A DNA stretch of 63,927 nucleotides, counting the filler, from Octopus bimaculoides (Eukaryota), in NCBI RefSeq assembly GCF_001194135.2. It is 7 parts of 7 records of this genome, joined end to end, with 100 filler letters (N's around TTAATTAATTAA, not from the genome) between each part and the next. Parts side by side here need not be neighbours in the genome. Positions count along the whole stretch, not along the records: positions 11,913 to 43,473 come from NC_068998.1; 6 more parts are not named here. One strand, 5' to 3'. Under the pieces are notes generated by a model that saw only the letters and a list, made by a program, of their open reading frames with translations, did no database searches and was not told the origin of the DNA. The position numbers and the translations under genes are program-made. Below are positions 23,901-36,002 of this stretch, piece after piece. The first letter of the stretch is position 1. The number at the start of each line of letters is the position of its first letter.

Positions 23901-24829
23901 TTAAACAAACTGGAAGAATGTTATTCGCAGTAAAAGGAACAAATGAACATAAAAGACATATTAACCAACTTAAAAAAAGATTAATGGAGAAAAGGTCATG
24001 AGAAATGAAATCCCCATGGAAGTATTGTATGACATGTTTGAGGTACCAATACCCAAATGATTTGAAACTACATGTTCTAGCATCAGAAAACAGAAAAGAA
24101 CGGAAACACTGGAATTGAACCTTAAGCATAAGGGATATTAAAACTCAGAGTGAAGTTTAATTCTCAAAAGGGGAGAAGTTAGGAGAAACTAATTCTAAAA
24201 AGGGGAGATATGTTGGAAGGATTCTAACCACTCCCAAGAGACTAAAAGTGGACTGACATATTGCTATAAAATAAAGAACTGTCAGCAGTTCTGAGTAAGT
24301 AGTTCACTGTAAGCTGTTGGCAGAGAGTGTTTAACCTCGTGTAACAGTAATAGTGGTGTGTCATGTGAATACTGTCTTTCCAACTACTTCGTTAAACTAT
24401 GTATCCAACACCAGGATATAAAAGTATGTATGTATGTATGTACGTATGCATGCATGTATGTATGTATGTTTGCATGCATGTATGCATAAAATTTTAAAAG
24501 CAGCTCTAATATAGTAAATATTATTGGTTGCACATACATAGTGTATATGTACTTGCTGTGGGATAGCATCCTGGGAAAGCTCCCTATCCGACACTGAATG
24601 TCCCAGACAGATGAAACAACTCACCTGACATGACTGTGAATGATAAATGTCAATATTTTACTAGTGTTATAGCTCGTCAGTACCATTTACTCAATTCACC
24701 TCGAAACACATTGAATCATTGGTCTGAGACATACATGCAGATAGTGTGGGCACAAAATTAAGTAAAAAATAATTTTGAATTAAAAGCAGATCAAATAAAT
24801 GGTATCGTGAAGAAAACTTATAGTCTAAG

Positions 24830-25070
24830 TTTCCCCCTCTGTAGGTAACCAAAGGTCTCTCTCCTCAAGTGAAAGGAAGATTGTATAATGCATGTATTCA
24901 GACAGCAATTCTACTTGGTAGTGAGACGTGGGTCCTGAATGCAGAGGACATGCAAAGGCTAGAGAGGAATGAAGCTAGCATACTCTGCTGGACGTGTAAT
25001 GTAAGTGTACATATTTGTCAGAGTGCTAGTGTATTGAGAGAGATATTAGGCATAAGAGGAATTAGATTCA
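24830..25070 (+). mobile_element. RTE-clade LINE fragment
   Basis: VKGRLYNACIQTAILLGSETW.L...DMQRLERNEASILCW. Confidence 0.75.
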
Positions 25071-25089
25071 TTTAGATTCAGAAGGCTGC

Positions 25090-25650
25090 TGGTACTTATG
25101 CCGAACTGTTAAGTTGCAGAAATCTGAAGAAACCAACACTGGTTGTCCAGTGTTATATAGTCTATCTTTCACTTTGAGCAAGAATATCTTTGCTGTCAGT
25201 AGAACGGTAATAGCTATCTGATTTTTACTCAAACCCTTCTTACTCTGACTACTACTTTCTGAACAGCTATTTCCCCTGCTAATTATATCACCTATATAAC
25301 AGAAGCTATTAATTACGAACAATGAGCTAGCTAGGCATTTAAAAGACTACTTCCAGCATGATCTTAATGCATATTGCATACAAAGCAGGCTTTCTCTGTT
25401 AGTCTATCTGTGATACCACATCGTCTCCTGTATGTTTATAGTTTACATTGGGTACAGCATACAGAATTTATACCAACCTCTTTTCTTCAAACGGGCTATT
25501 TCTTTGAGGGTATCAGGGTACAGTTTTTTTCCCTACACACTAACTATATCTTGCATTGTCTACATGATCAGTTCCTGAATCTTTCAGGTGTCTACTGGAA
25601 CAATGCACTTTTACCAATTTGCAACATGAGTAGGGTGGAAACAGAAAGAA
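25090..25650 (-). mobile_element. RTE-clade LINE fragment (Cys-rich insert and post-RT region)
   Basis: Minus GVGINSVCCTQCKL...EKACFVC, then NSFCYIGDIIS...VKDRLY. Confidence 0.65.
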
Positions 25651-26100
25651 TGAAGGAGTAATTAAGAAAATTATTTAAGAATTTTGGCTTTGGGATCTAG
25701 AAAATTATTAGTAGCAAGTTTTCTTGATGTTACTTTGGAATTAAATACCAGTTGCTTTTATCCTGTCCATAATAATAATTTAAATTGCGTAAATGAATCC
25801 CTGTAGAAGCATAATCAATTTTATACTTAGAGAGGTTTTTAATAGAATATCGAAATTAAACAATAAGCTAATTACTATAACATGGTTCTAAACAGCCAGA
25901 TATAAAAAGAAATTATACATACTCTAGACGTGAATAACCCACCTAGTATAAGAAAAAATACAAGGTAGTAGACACAGATAAGGGGAGGAAATTATGTAAG
26001 AATACTGGCTGTTGTTATTTCCCTTGCATTAGTTTTTTTGCTGGAAAAGATGTTCTGTACTGGCTATAATATGTAGTGCGTGTATGTATATAGCTCACAG

Positions 26101-26140
<40 letters not shown>

Positions 26141-26153
26141 GAATATCTGTCAG

Positions 26154-26210
<57 letters not shown>

Positions 26211-26296
26211 NNNNNNNNNNNNNNNNNNNNNNNNNNNNNNNNNNNNNNNNNNNNNNNNNNNNNNNNNNNATATATATATATATATATATATATATA

Positions 26297-27513
26297 CAGG
26301 AGGGAAAGTCGAAAATAATACGCACTTTCGCCATAACATCTTTATTATTGTCACACTACCTTCTGCGCATGCGTGCTTATAGTTGGTATTATCGTAATCC
26401 CGTGATCGACTTTTGAGCCTGATCATGCTATTTTTCTTTCTGGCTTTACAGTGTAAGCATAGCAGCTCCACTAGTAAAGTGCACCAAAGAAAAGCAAAGA
26501 GCAGTGATCTGATTTCTCTGGTCGGAAGGTGTGTTAGGTGCTGAAATTCATCGGAGGCTTTTAGCACAATACGGGAACACCCATCAACCTCTAACACTGA
26601 CGAGAAGATTCAGCAAGCTCGAGAGATGGTAATGGTGAACTGGCGAGTTATCATCGATGAGGTAGCTTGTTCTCTGCAGATTAGTCATGGTTCTGTGTAT
26701 GAAATCATCCACGATGAGCTCGGATTCCATTAAGTCTGCGCATGATGGGTGATAAGAGAGCTTTCTGTAGGGCACAAGCGCAAACGTCTTGAGATCTGCC
26801 AACATTTATTCAATCGCTAGAACAACGAGGGCGAGGAATTTTTGAACAGAATTGTCACAGGAGATAAAACGTGGGTCCATCATTATGAGTCAGAATCCAA
26901 AAGACAGAGTATGGAGTGGAAATATCCTGGCTCGCCAGCGATGAAGAAATTCAAGACTCAATCTTTCGCGGGAAAGATGATGCTAACCTTTTTTGGAAAC
27001 ACAAAAGGACCTATACTAGAAGACAACGTGGAAAAGGGGTGTACAATCAACAGTGCAAGATACAGTGCTTTGTTGGCCAACAAATTGAAGCCAGCAATTT
27101 GCACCAAATTCCGAAGCCTATTATCGAAGAAAGTGTTGTTGTTGCATGACAATGCACACCTACACACGGCCGTCTAGACCGTTGAAACCATTAACCAATT
27201 GGGTTTTGAGGTGCTGGAACAGCCTGCCTATAGCCCAGATCTCCCCCTTCCAACTATCATATTTTAGAAAGCTCAAAGATAGTTTACGAGGTCATCAATT
27301 TCCTATGGATGAAGATGTGAAGGAAGCCGTACATAAATGGTTGCACGACTAACCGAAAACCTTCTTGGAAAGAATACCCAAGCTTGTGGACCACTGGACC
27401 AAGTGCATCAAAAACGAAGGAGACTATAGAAAAATTACGTACTTGCTTATCTCCTGCTTTTATGTAAATACATTGGAAAAACAAGAGTGTATATAATTTT
27501 TGACTTACCCTCG
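26297..27513 (+). mobile_element. Full-length decayed DD34D mariner (irritans/Hsmar2-like)
   Basis: TIRs caggagggaaagtcgaaaataatacgcac / gtgtatataatttttgacttaccctcg with TA on both sides. Motifs IVTGDKTWVHHYE, LLHDNA and PAYSPDL; D-D spacing 34. Confidence 0.9.
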
Positions 27514-27524
27514 TATATCTATAT

Positions 27525-27587
<63 letters not shown>

Positions 27588-28329
27588 CACACATATATAT
27601 AATGTGTGTGTGTGTGTGAATTTGTGTTGCAAGATTCGATGTGAAGTTGTGTGTTCAAACAGATATTGTTGTATTTCGGGATTGTTATTTGTTATTTTTT
27701 TTTGCCAAATAAACATACGGACTATATATTCGTTTTTCACTCGTCTATTATTGTTCTTCTTCTAACTCATGTCCATTGTCTGGATTTTTTTCATCACACA
27801 CCTCTGACGTCCTCAGCGACACTTTCCGTCTTCATGTATGCTCTTGCTCTGCTTATTCCATTCTGCTCTTCTATGATGTGTATCCTTATATGCACATGCT
27901 TGTGTGTGTACGTCATTGTTCTTAGTAGCACTATAACTATCCCCTCAGCGCTGTCCCCTATCCCGTTGCCGCTGGTGCTGCCCTTGAATCCGACTTTATG
28001 TACCGTTCTTGTAACTCACTGTGTTTGCCCACGCTGCTGCCATCGTGGTAGATGTTGTTGCCATTGTGGTTAGTCGTGTTGTTGATATTGTTGCGGCCGT
28101 CTGAAGTTACCGCATGTGTGTTTGTGCGTGTACATGGGTTTGCTCCTTATGTTGTTTGTATCATGTCCTTTATACATTTTTTTTAAATGTCTCTAATTCG
28201 TTGATATTTATCACAGGTATGTGCATATATGTCTATTGTATGTGTATTACGCCGTTTGTATGTCTTTTTTCTTCCTTTAGTGTGGTGTGGTGGTGGGTGT
28301 TATTGTTCCATTCGGGTTTTCTGTTGAGG

Positions 28330-28531
28330 CTCAGTCTATCTACTGCTATGTGTGTAGCCTCAGTGGTCTAAGTGTTGTGTCAGTTCTATGCGTTGAGAAT
28401 ACTTTGACCTCTATGCTATTGACTGAGCCTCTATGTTCTGCTAAAGTATGTTGGCAGAGCACTGACGAGCCTTTCTCTTCTTTGAGCTTCCCTATGATGC
28501 GTGCTGTCTCTCCATTGTAAGTAGTTTTCAT
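28330..28531 (-). mobile_element. PLE GIY-YIG fragment, inverted relative to the adjacent RT
   Basis: YNGETAR...KGSSVLCQHTLAEHRG...VKVFSTHRTDTTLR. Confidence 0.6.
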
Positions 28532-28559
28532 GCTTCTGCACTGTCCCTCAGTCCATCAT

Positions 28560-29531
28560 AAGCTATATTCCTAACCTTAGAGTTAACCTGTGGGTTCATC
28601 TTACATACAATACAATTGTTCTCTGCACATGGAGACCTATCGAAGGGATAAGTTCTACCCCAGTTGTTTCTGCTCCACTAGATCGGTAAGAGGTAGACCC
28701 TCTACTATAACTCATATAGTCAGGGAGACCCAAGAGAGGGATGGAATGGGTGAACCAGAACTATACGGACCCCTGAAAATGATGATCAGGTTACAAAGAC
28801 GGTTGCACATGCGGTGGGTGCGAGTGCCAAGATCATACTCAAAGTTCACATATTTAAGTTTACCCAAGAGGAAGGTGCAGCCATCGGTGTCAGTATCGCT
28901 GGCGATGTGGCTAACCTATTTATGGTATGGTGGGATAGGAGACTCAAAGATAAATTATTAGAGAACTCCATAACCCTAACCGTGTACTCCCGCTATGTGG
29001 ATGATATCAACATAGTAGCCAAAGCACCTGTACAAAACAATGTTGATGATCCAGAAGCTAACACCATGGAGAACATCCAGCAAATAGCTAACTCCATCTA
29101 CCAGAGTATCAAAGTAATGATAGACTACCCTAACAAGCACCCCAACTATAGGCTACCAGTTTTAGACACGGAACTCTGGTTAGAAACCAAGAACAATACG
29201 GTCCAAATCCTTCACTCAAATTATGTCAAACCTATGACCTCTAAAATACCCTGTCCACAAGAACACAGCCATGGCGGACAATGCCAAGTTCAATATTCTT
29301 ATAGCTGACTTAGTGAGAGTGATGAGGAATGTGTGACCCTCTGTATTTGGAAAACCACATACAACACTTCATCCACTGCCTGCAGTTCTCTGGCTACAGT
29401 CAAAAGGACAATATTAGAGTGCACAAACGAACTAGGGCTAAGCACAAAAGCATCATAGAGAGTGATGCAAAGGAGATCTGCCATTATACAGGAGTAAATC
29501 CTAGTACAGTACAGAAAGAACCAGAAAAAGA
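28560..29531 (+). mobile_element. Penelope-like RT fragment, split by a Gypsy insertion (continues at 35864-35925)
   Basis: AIGVSIAGDVANLFM.WWD; RYVDDINI; DYPNKHPN.RLPVLD; YVKPMTSK. The reading resumes after the Gypsy as ...IDKANSWYDNKK..SVMFIV. Confidence 0.8.
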
Positions 29532-29969
29532 TGTTATATATTCTTTTGGTTCGTGTTGGGACAATAACGCATTGAAGGCGTTATTATGTTTCTACATGTT
29601 TATTTACTTGGCATATTTACAAACTGCGTATGTATAGCGGAGTGATACACACTGTGCGCATCCGCTTTAGTCACAGTTCACACTGTTTACTTGATGCGCT
29701 TAACAAAATAGTATTAATAGTGGAGATGTATTCGTATATACATATACCTACGCATACACATGAACATCCCTCCTTCTTGAAAACGAATCTTTTGGCAATG
29801 AAAAAATAGAAGTAATCTCCCTTACACTAATGGATTGTCAGCGCAAGGGTGGCAATCCTGCAGCAGAAACCGTGAGATTATTCTGCCCACATACGTGGTT
29901 TTCTGCTTCCTAATCTAACATTAATAGTTATTATTTATATGTGCCCTCATCTGCTGTGGGTGTTGTGGT

Positions 29970-32900
29970 TCATGTTAGTGTTGTCACTGATGCTGTAGGT
30001 GTTGCGCATGTTAACCTCGATAGCTTTGGTGCTGGGCGGCTGTGGGCCCTGTTTCGTCTCAGCTGCCTACCAGATTCAGTTTCTATAATATATGATCTTG
30101 GAGTTTCGGCTCTACTGACGACTTGTGCTGGGATCCATGTTTTGGTTATAGGATCTTGAGTATGCACATGTTGTCCTCCAAGTATCTCAGGTAAGTACTG
30201 TGCATGTTTGTTGTAATATTTCTGTCCTTGTTCTTGAGTGTCTGCTAGCTTTGCCCTTGTCTCTTCTTGGTCAATAGGAGGTTGGATCTTAGTTGGCAGG
30301 GTAGTTTTGTATTTCCTACCATTCAGCATTTCTGCTGGGAATTCCATGTCAGCCCTCAGTGGTATCGCTTGTAGGGACAGAAGTGCCAGGTATGGGTCTT
30401 CCTTAGTTTCCCGGCATTTGACTAGTGTTCTCTTGTCTGCACCTGTCTTTCTATGAATCCATGACCTTTGGGGTAGTGTGGAGATGAGGTTGTAATGTTG
30501 AACCCGTACTCATTGGCTAGCTTTTTGAATTCCTGAAACGTGAACTGGGTTCCATTGTCACATATGATCTGCTCTGACACAAGTCCTCGAGCCACTGTAG
30601 TTATTGTTTTGGCTCTCAGGTCTTTCACTTTTCTCACAAATGGGAATTTGGAGTAGTAGCAGACCATTATCAAGTACCATTCTTGGTTCTCTGTGAACAG
30701 ATCTACTCCAATAGCTTGCCATGGCCTTCTTGGGATGTCACTGGGTATCATTTCCTCCTTTTGTTGTGAGTTTCTGTACTTTTGACAGATGTGGCATGTA
30801 AAAACCATCCTTTCTATGTCTTTGTACACACCTACCCAATATACAGCTGACTTGGCTTGGAGTTTGCATTTTTCCATTCCCAGATGCCCTTGGTGGAACT
30901 TGTCAAGAATCTCTGTTTGCATTCATTTGGGTTTTATGTTAATAACAGGTCGGACACCAGTTTTTTTATGTTGGTTGTTTGTTACAACAGGTCGTTGAAA
31001 TGTGAGATATACTATATCTTTATTTACAATGTTTTTCATTCGTAATTTATAACGAGTATTATTGTTTATTAATTAAAAGCTATAATGATAATCTCGTTAC
31101 TTATAACTTAATTATAAGTATTTATCACTAAGCATAACTCTTAGTTTAGTTTAGGCTGCGTAAATGTTATGATGTATCATACCAAGATGCTGAACGTGTG
31201 TTCATTACGTGCATGTATGTTGAAGATATAGATTATATTTTTTTGACCGTTACACATTAAAAAAATACAGTTATATTAATATACAGAAATAAATTCAACA
31301 AGTTGAAAGAAACGAGAAGTAAAAGTAATTAAGTTTCTACATTAATTTATTATATACATTTTTTTACATTTATAGATATTCAGAAACAAATCATTTCGTC
31401 GTAGAGAATTTAATTATTAACTAGTTTCTCATTCTAACTAATAAGGTTTCACGACAATTCAATATTGTCGGATTTGAGTATTGAACATGGCATATATATT
31501 AGCCTATACTCAAAAGGGTGAGTGTCGTGGACTTGAGTGGCAACCAACGAACACTGGAGATTTTGCCGAAAATCAGGGTTTTTAAACTACTCATACGCGA
31601 ATCATAGAATCGTAACCCCGTGAAAGATTTCTTCAACGAAGTTCATAATTCGTATATGGGCAGTAATTTTTAACCAATGAGAAATCAATAATTTCTCATG
31701 TTCGGGCAAACAAACTTACGTTCTCTCTCCGCCTCTTATGAGTTTGCTACATGGGTATGATTATTTGGGATCCAGCCATCAGGACTCCATTCTCTACTGA
31801 TATGTTATTATGGATGGCCCAATATTCATGAATGAGGGGCTGCACATGATGTCTCTTCTCTGGCCACCCCTGAATCACCATCTGAGTAAGGAGCTGGTCC
31901 TTTCCTGGCTTGTACCTGATATTGTAGTCATACTTTTGGAGCCTCAACAGTAACCTTTGCAGTCTGGCTGGTGCTTTTGTGAGTTTTTTTCTGTCTATTT
32001 GTTCTAGAGGGTGATGGTCTGACTCAATATTGAAATGTCTGCCATACAGATATGTATGACACTTTTTTCACAACCATAGACTACTGCCAGGAGTTCTCTT
32101 TCAATGTTTGCCCACCTTGTCTCTGTGGGTGAGAGAATTTTCGAGGCATATGCAATAGGTTTACCTTCTTGTATCAATGCTGCACCAACTCCTCTCATAG
32201 AAGCATCAACTTGGAGTGTTACTGGTTTGCATCTGTCACAGTACTGCAGAGTTGTCTCCTTGCTGATGAGCTTTTTGATTGTGTTGAAATCTTGTGGGTG
32301 TGAAGCACACCAATCAGACTCTATGTCATCTTTCATTAGCTCCCGGAGGTTTGCAGGGTGATTGGCCAGCTTGGGTATGAAGGCTCCCATGTAGTGGATG
32401 AGTCCTAGGAAGCTTCTGAGTTCCTTCTTATCTTTGGGTTCTCTGATGTCACTGATGGTTTCCACTTGAGCAGGGTCTGGTTTCACTCCCTCTGCAGAGT
32501 ATATCATTCCAAAGAACTTGCACTCTTTTGCTTTGATCACACATTTGTCTGCATTGAGTTTGATACCTGCTTTTTGGGTTTTCACCATAGTTTCATGTAG
32601 ATTGTAATTATGCGTGATCTCATCCTTGCCATACTCTTGGATATCGTCCGCTATTCCAATTGCTCCTTTCAACCTTGGTAGGTCTAATCTACTTGGTGCT
32701 GGAAGACATCTTGGCTCACCTTCAATCCAAACGGTTGTCGGTTGAATCTGTATCTGCCAAATGATGTGTTGAAGGGAGTGAGCATGGATGATTTTTTGTC
32801 TATCTTTACATTCCAGTATCCATTACTGGCATCCAGTTTGCTGAATATCTTAGATCCAGCTAATGATGGTGTGATTTCTTCGAGTATTGGAATTGGATAG

Positions 32901-33600
32901 TAATCTCGTTTTAATGCCTTGTTCAGATCCCTGGGGTCAAGGCATATTTGTAGGATACCATTGGGTTTTTCTTTAATTACTATTGAATTCACCCAGTCAG
33001 TTGGTCGTGTCACTTTGGGGATTATTAATTTTTTTTTCCATACTGTCCAACTCTGCCTTCAGCTTCTCTCTTAATTCTAGCAGAACGTGGTGAGGTGGGT
33101 GAACAATTGGTTTGGCATTGGGGTTGACTGTTATATGGTATTGACATTTCTCAAAACACCCGACTGTATTGTCAAAACATTCTGGGTACATGCTCATCAG
33201 TTCATCTTTATTTGTGATTGGTGGTCAGTCTTTGATAGGCACATTTCTGTCAATTCTGCTCAGAGCTGCCTTCACTTCACTGTTGATTGCCACAATATTG
33301 AGCTTTTGACTGGTATTAAGTCCGAGAATGGCGGGTCCTTCTGTTCTTCTGATATAAAAAGAACACTTGATTTTTCTTCCTTTGTGTGTTCCTGTAATGG
33401 TTGTTTTGCCCAGTTGTGGAATCCTGGTACCTCCGTATGCAGTGAGGATTACATCACTTGGTGTGAGGATTCCTTCTTTGACTTTATCCTCTTGTATAAT
33501 GTGTTCTGGGAACATCTTTTTGTAGAGGTTGACAGGCAAGGTATCACTCTGGGCTCCAGTGTCAATCTTTAGTTTTAAGTCAATGTTTATTCATTTCTTG
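29970..33600 (-). pseudogene. pol: Gypsy pol (protease-RT-RNase H-integrase), disrupted
   Basis: IDTGA.S.TLPVN; ICLDPRDLN; FSKLDASNGYW; IADDI; VDASMRGVGAAL; HQGHLG.EKC; CDNGTQF; SSPHYPKGHGFIER. Confidence 0.9.
30940..31740. other. ~800-bp AT-rich non-coding insertion interrupting the Gypsy pol
   Basis: The pol reading stops at ...GSQIIIP (31745) and resumes at ...MQTEILDKFHQGHLG (~30920). The intervening sequence shows no retroelement motifs. Confidence 0.8.
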
Positions 33601-33719
33601 CCTGACTTCTTTTGGATTTGTATTGTTGTGTATGCCTCATTTTTTTTTTTTTGGTTGTCATTTCCCATCTCATGTACATTTATTGTGCCGACTGCCAAGA
33701 ATTCCTCCTCTGAGGTGTT

Positions 33720-34594
33720 TTATTCCTGTTGTTGGGCATGTATATCTCTTTGTCTTCTCTTTCTACTCCTCTTTGAAAATTGGGGCTTGTATTCGTGAGA
33801 TTCTGTTAGTCTACACATTTTTTTCCAGTGGTTGGGCTTTCCACATGCTTTGCAGTGTGTACCGAATACAGGACATTTCCTCCAGTCATTGAACTCATGT
33901 TCTGTACCACAGTACTGGCATGTTCTCTGTTTGTGGGTATGTTTCATCCCATGTCTAGATACAATATCTACACTGCTGCCTATTGTATTTGTTTGTAAAG
34001 TAAGTGAGGCCATTTGTTTGGTAGTGGCTTCAAATACTCTTGCAGTGTCTACTGCTTCTATCAACTGGAGAGTGTCCTTATCTATGAGGGATTTCTGGAC
34101 TTCTTTATGAGCATACCCCCATATAACTTGATCAACAATCCTTTCGTCCTTGTTTTTGAATCTGCATTTCTCGGCAACAATCTTTAGTCTGGACAGGAAG
34201 TTGTCAATCGTTTCTTGTGGGTCTTGTTTAAGGCCCTGGAATTCGTACTTATGAATTCTATGGTTTGGTCTGGACTCTATCCGATTCTGACATGTCCTAA
34301 CTATTGAATAGTTCTCTCCCGTCCATAAAAGGATGTAGCTTACCTTTTCATTGGCAGTTGTACCTTTCAGGAAGCTTTTGAAAGCCAATTGACTTTTCTG
34401 TTTGAATTTCTTGAACGTGTAAGAAAACAAACACTTCCACGATATCATCGGCGTCCCAGTTCATGGTCGGATGTAGATTCATCTGTACGGCGACAGGGGT
34501 CGCCATTTGGGATCCTCGTGTGCGTCCGAAGACGAAGCGATATTCAGTTTGTTAAATTCAGGCTTGTTGAGTTCCTGTTTTATTGTAATGGCAT
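33720..34594 (-). pseudogene. gag: Gypsy gag
   Basis: FQGLKQDPQETIDNFLSRLK..AEKCRF...DERIVDQVIWG; CQYCG..H...CPVFGTHCKACGKPNHWKKMC. Confidence 0.85.
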
Positions 34595-34713
34595 GGTTTT
34601 CGTTTAAATATTTATCGCTGCCACCATGTTATATATTCTTTTGGTTCGTGTTGGGACAATAAAGAACTCATTGAAGGCGTTATTATGTTTCTACGTGTTC
34701 ATCTACTTGGCAT

Positions 34714-35689
34714 TGTAGACGACCGTGCGAACCAAAGGAGAAATGGTGGCGAATGGAAACAGGCTCCTTTTAACGCGTCGCACGGTCGACACAAAATATA
34801 TGATATGTTATAATACTATAACATAAGAGAACTAAGAAATTTGCCAGCAAGGAAAAGATAGGGAGTCAACCGATAAAGATGTATAACAGTAAGGTTTATT
34901 AGAGCATTAAACTGTATGTATGTGTGTGAGTGTGAATGCGACATAATAAAACACAATGTAAGACAGGCCGTCATGTAAACAAAGAGTGTGTATACAAATA
35001 TATGTATGTGAATGCAAGAGATACAGAGCATAGAAAAGAGTCAGTAACACGGATAAGAAAATACCAGTTCTCAGTTAAGGTACACAGTAGTTAAAAAGTC
35101 TGTATATAAGAGGTTGAAGCGTTGAGGCAGAGCTAAGTCATTTGTCGTGCAGTTGAGGCTTCTATGCCGGGCCGGGCTACTTGATACAGATGGTTTCTCG
35201 CCGGTGTCGAATTCTGGCTGTTATTTCGTGGTAAAACAATTCACACAAACAGGGTTGAGAAGCTGCGGTTGCTGTTGGTAGCGTGTGTACGTAGAGAAGT
35301 CGTGCTGACGTTGGGGACGAAGCTTATAGTAAACAGTTGGACGATGGTGTTGATGTCGTCGCTGGAAACTGGCTGGTTGGTGTTACGTGTGGTCAACGAC
35401 CAGATCTTAGAAGATCTGAAGCCGCGACAAAGTGGCGCGTATAAAACAGGCTATTTATAGGTACAAGGAGGCTCCAGAAACATCATAAAAACACTCTCTC
35501 ACGTGACCTTATTAGATGGCCACGATTGGTCGGTTTGCACCCTGGCGCGAACAGGACTGGAGACAAATGCCGCGCAAATAAAAGTCAGTCAGGTGATGAC
35601 ACAGCAGGGGGCCAAGGCGGGAAAGAGATGTTACCTGCTACGTTCGCATTTGTAAATAAATAACCGTGAGAGAGGTTTGTTTCACTACA
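34714..35689 (-). mobile_element. Solo LTR (976 bp) of a different family inserted in the Gypsy 5' LTR
   Basis: TGTAG...CTACA termini and 4-bp TSD GCAT (34710-13 and 35690-93). The uninterrupted 3' LTR reads cttggcatatttac. Minus-strand TATAAATA at ~35452-59 and AATAAA at 34895-900. Confidence 0.85.
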
Positions 35690-36002
35690 GCATATTTACA
35701 AACTGTATATGTATAGCGGAGTGATACACATTGTGCGTATCCGCTTTATTCACAGTTCATACTGCTTAGTAGATGCGCTTAACAAAATAGTACTAATGGT
35801 GGGGATGTATTCATATATCCTTTTACCTACGCATACACATAAATATGAACATATAACAAAAGATAGATAAGGCCAACTCATGGTACGACAACAAAAAATA
35901 CCAGTGTCATGTTCATTGTCGGCGAACTACCGTACCTTTTTGGAAAAACATTAGATAAGGCCAATTTATGGATTAAAGTGGTAGAAAGGCCTGGTGTGGT
36001 GC

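Larger units (their letters stand above)
20278..24423 (+). mobile_element. Ty3/Gypsy (Mag/K02A2.6-like) LTR retrotransposon, two LTRs, decayed
   Basis: LTRs 20278-20492 and 24211-24423 (~85% identical by eye). PBS TGGCAACGAG at 20494. PPT AAAAGGGGAGATA. GTATG on both flanks, though within a GTAT microsatellite. Confidence 0.92.
29532..35858 (-). mobile_element. Ty3/Gypsy LTR retrotransposon with two LTRs and a 5-bp TSD
   Basis: TSD AAAGA at 29527-31 and 35859-63. 3' LTR 29532-29766 and 5' LTR 34627-35858 (interrupted), with TGTTATA/TATAACA ends. PBS TGGTGGCAGCG; PPT AAGAAGGAGGGA. Confidence 0.93.

Noticed and set aside
24830-25650. Opposed RTE fragments as a twin-priming inversion
   Set aside because: Segment order (sense 3' piece, then antisense upstream piece) is the reverse of twin priming and the pieces overlap; more likely two insertions or later rearrangement.
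27790-27830. Minus-strand CTGAGGA...GAAA as a hammerhead for the 28-kb PLE
   Set aside because: Stem II closing pair is mismatched and there is no stem III or cleavage triplet.
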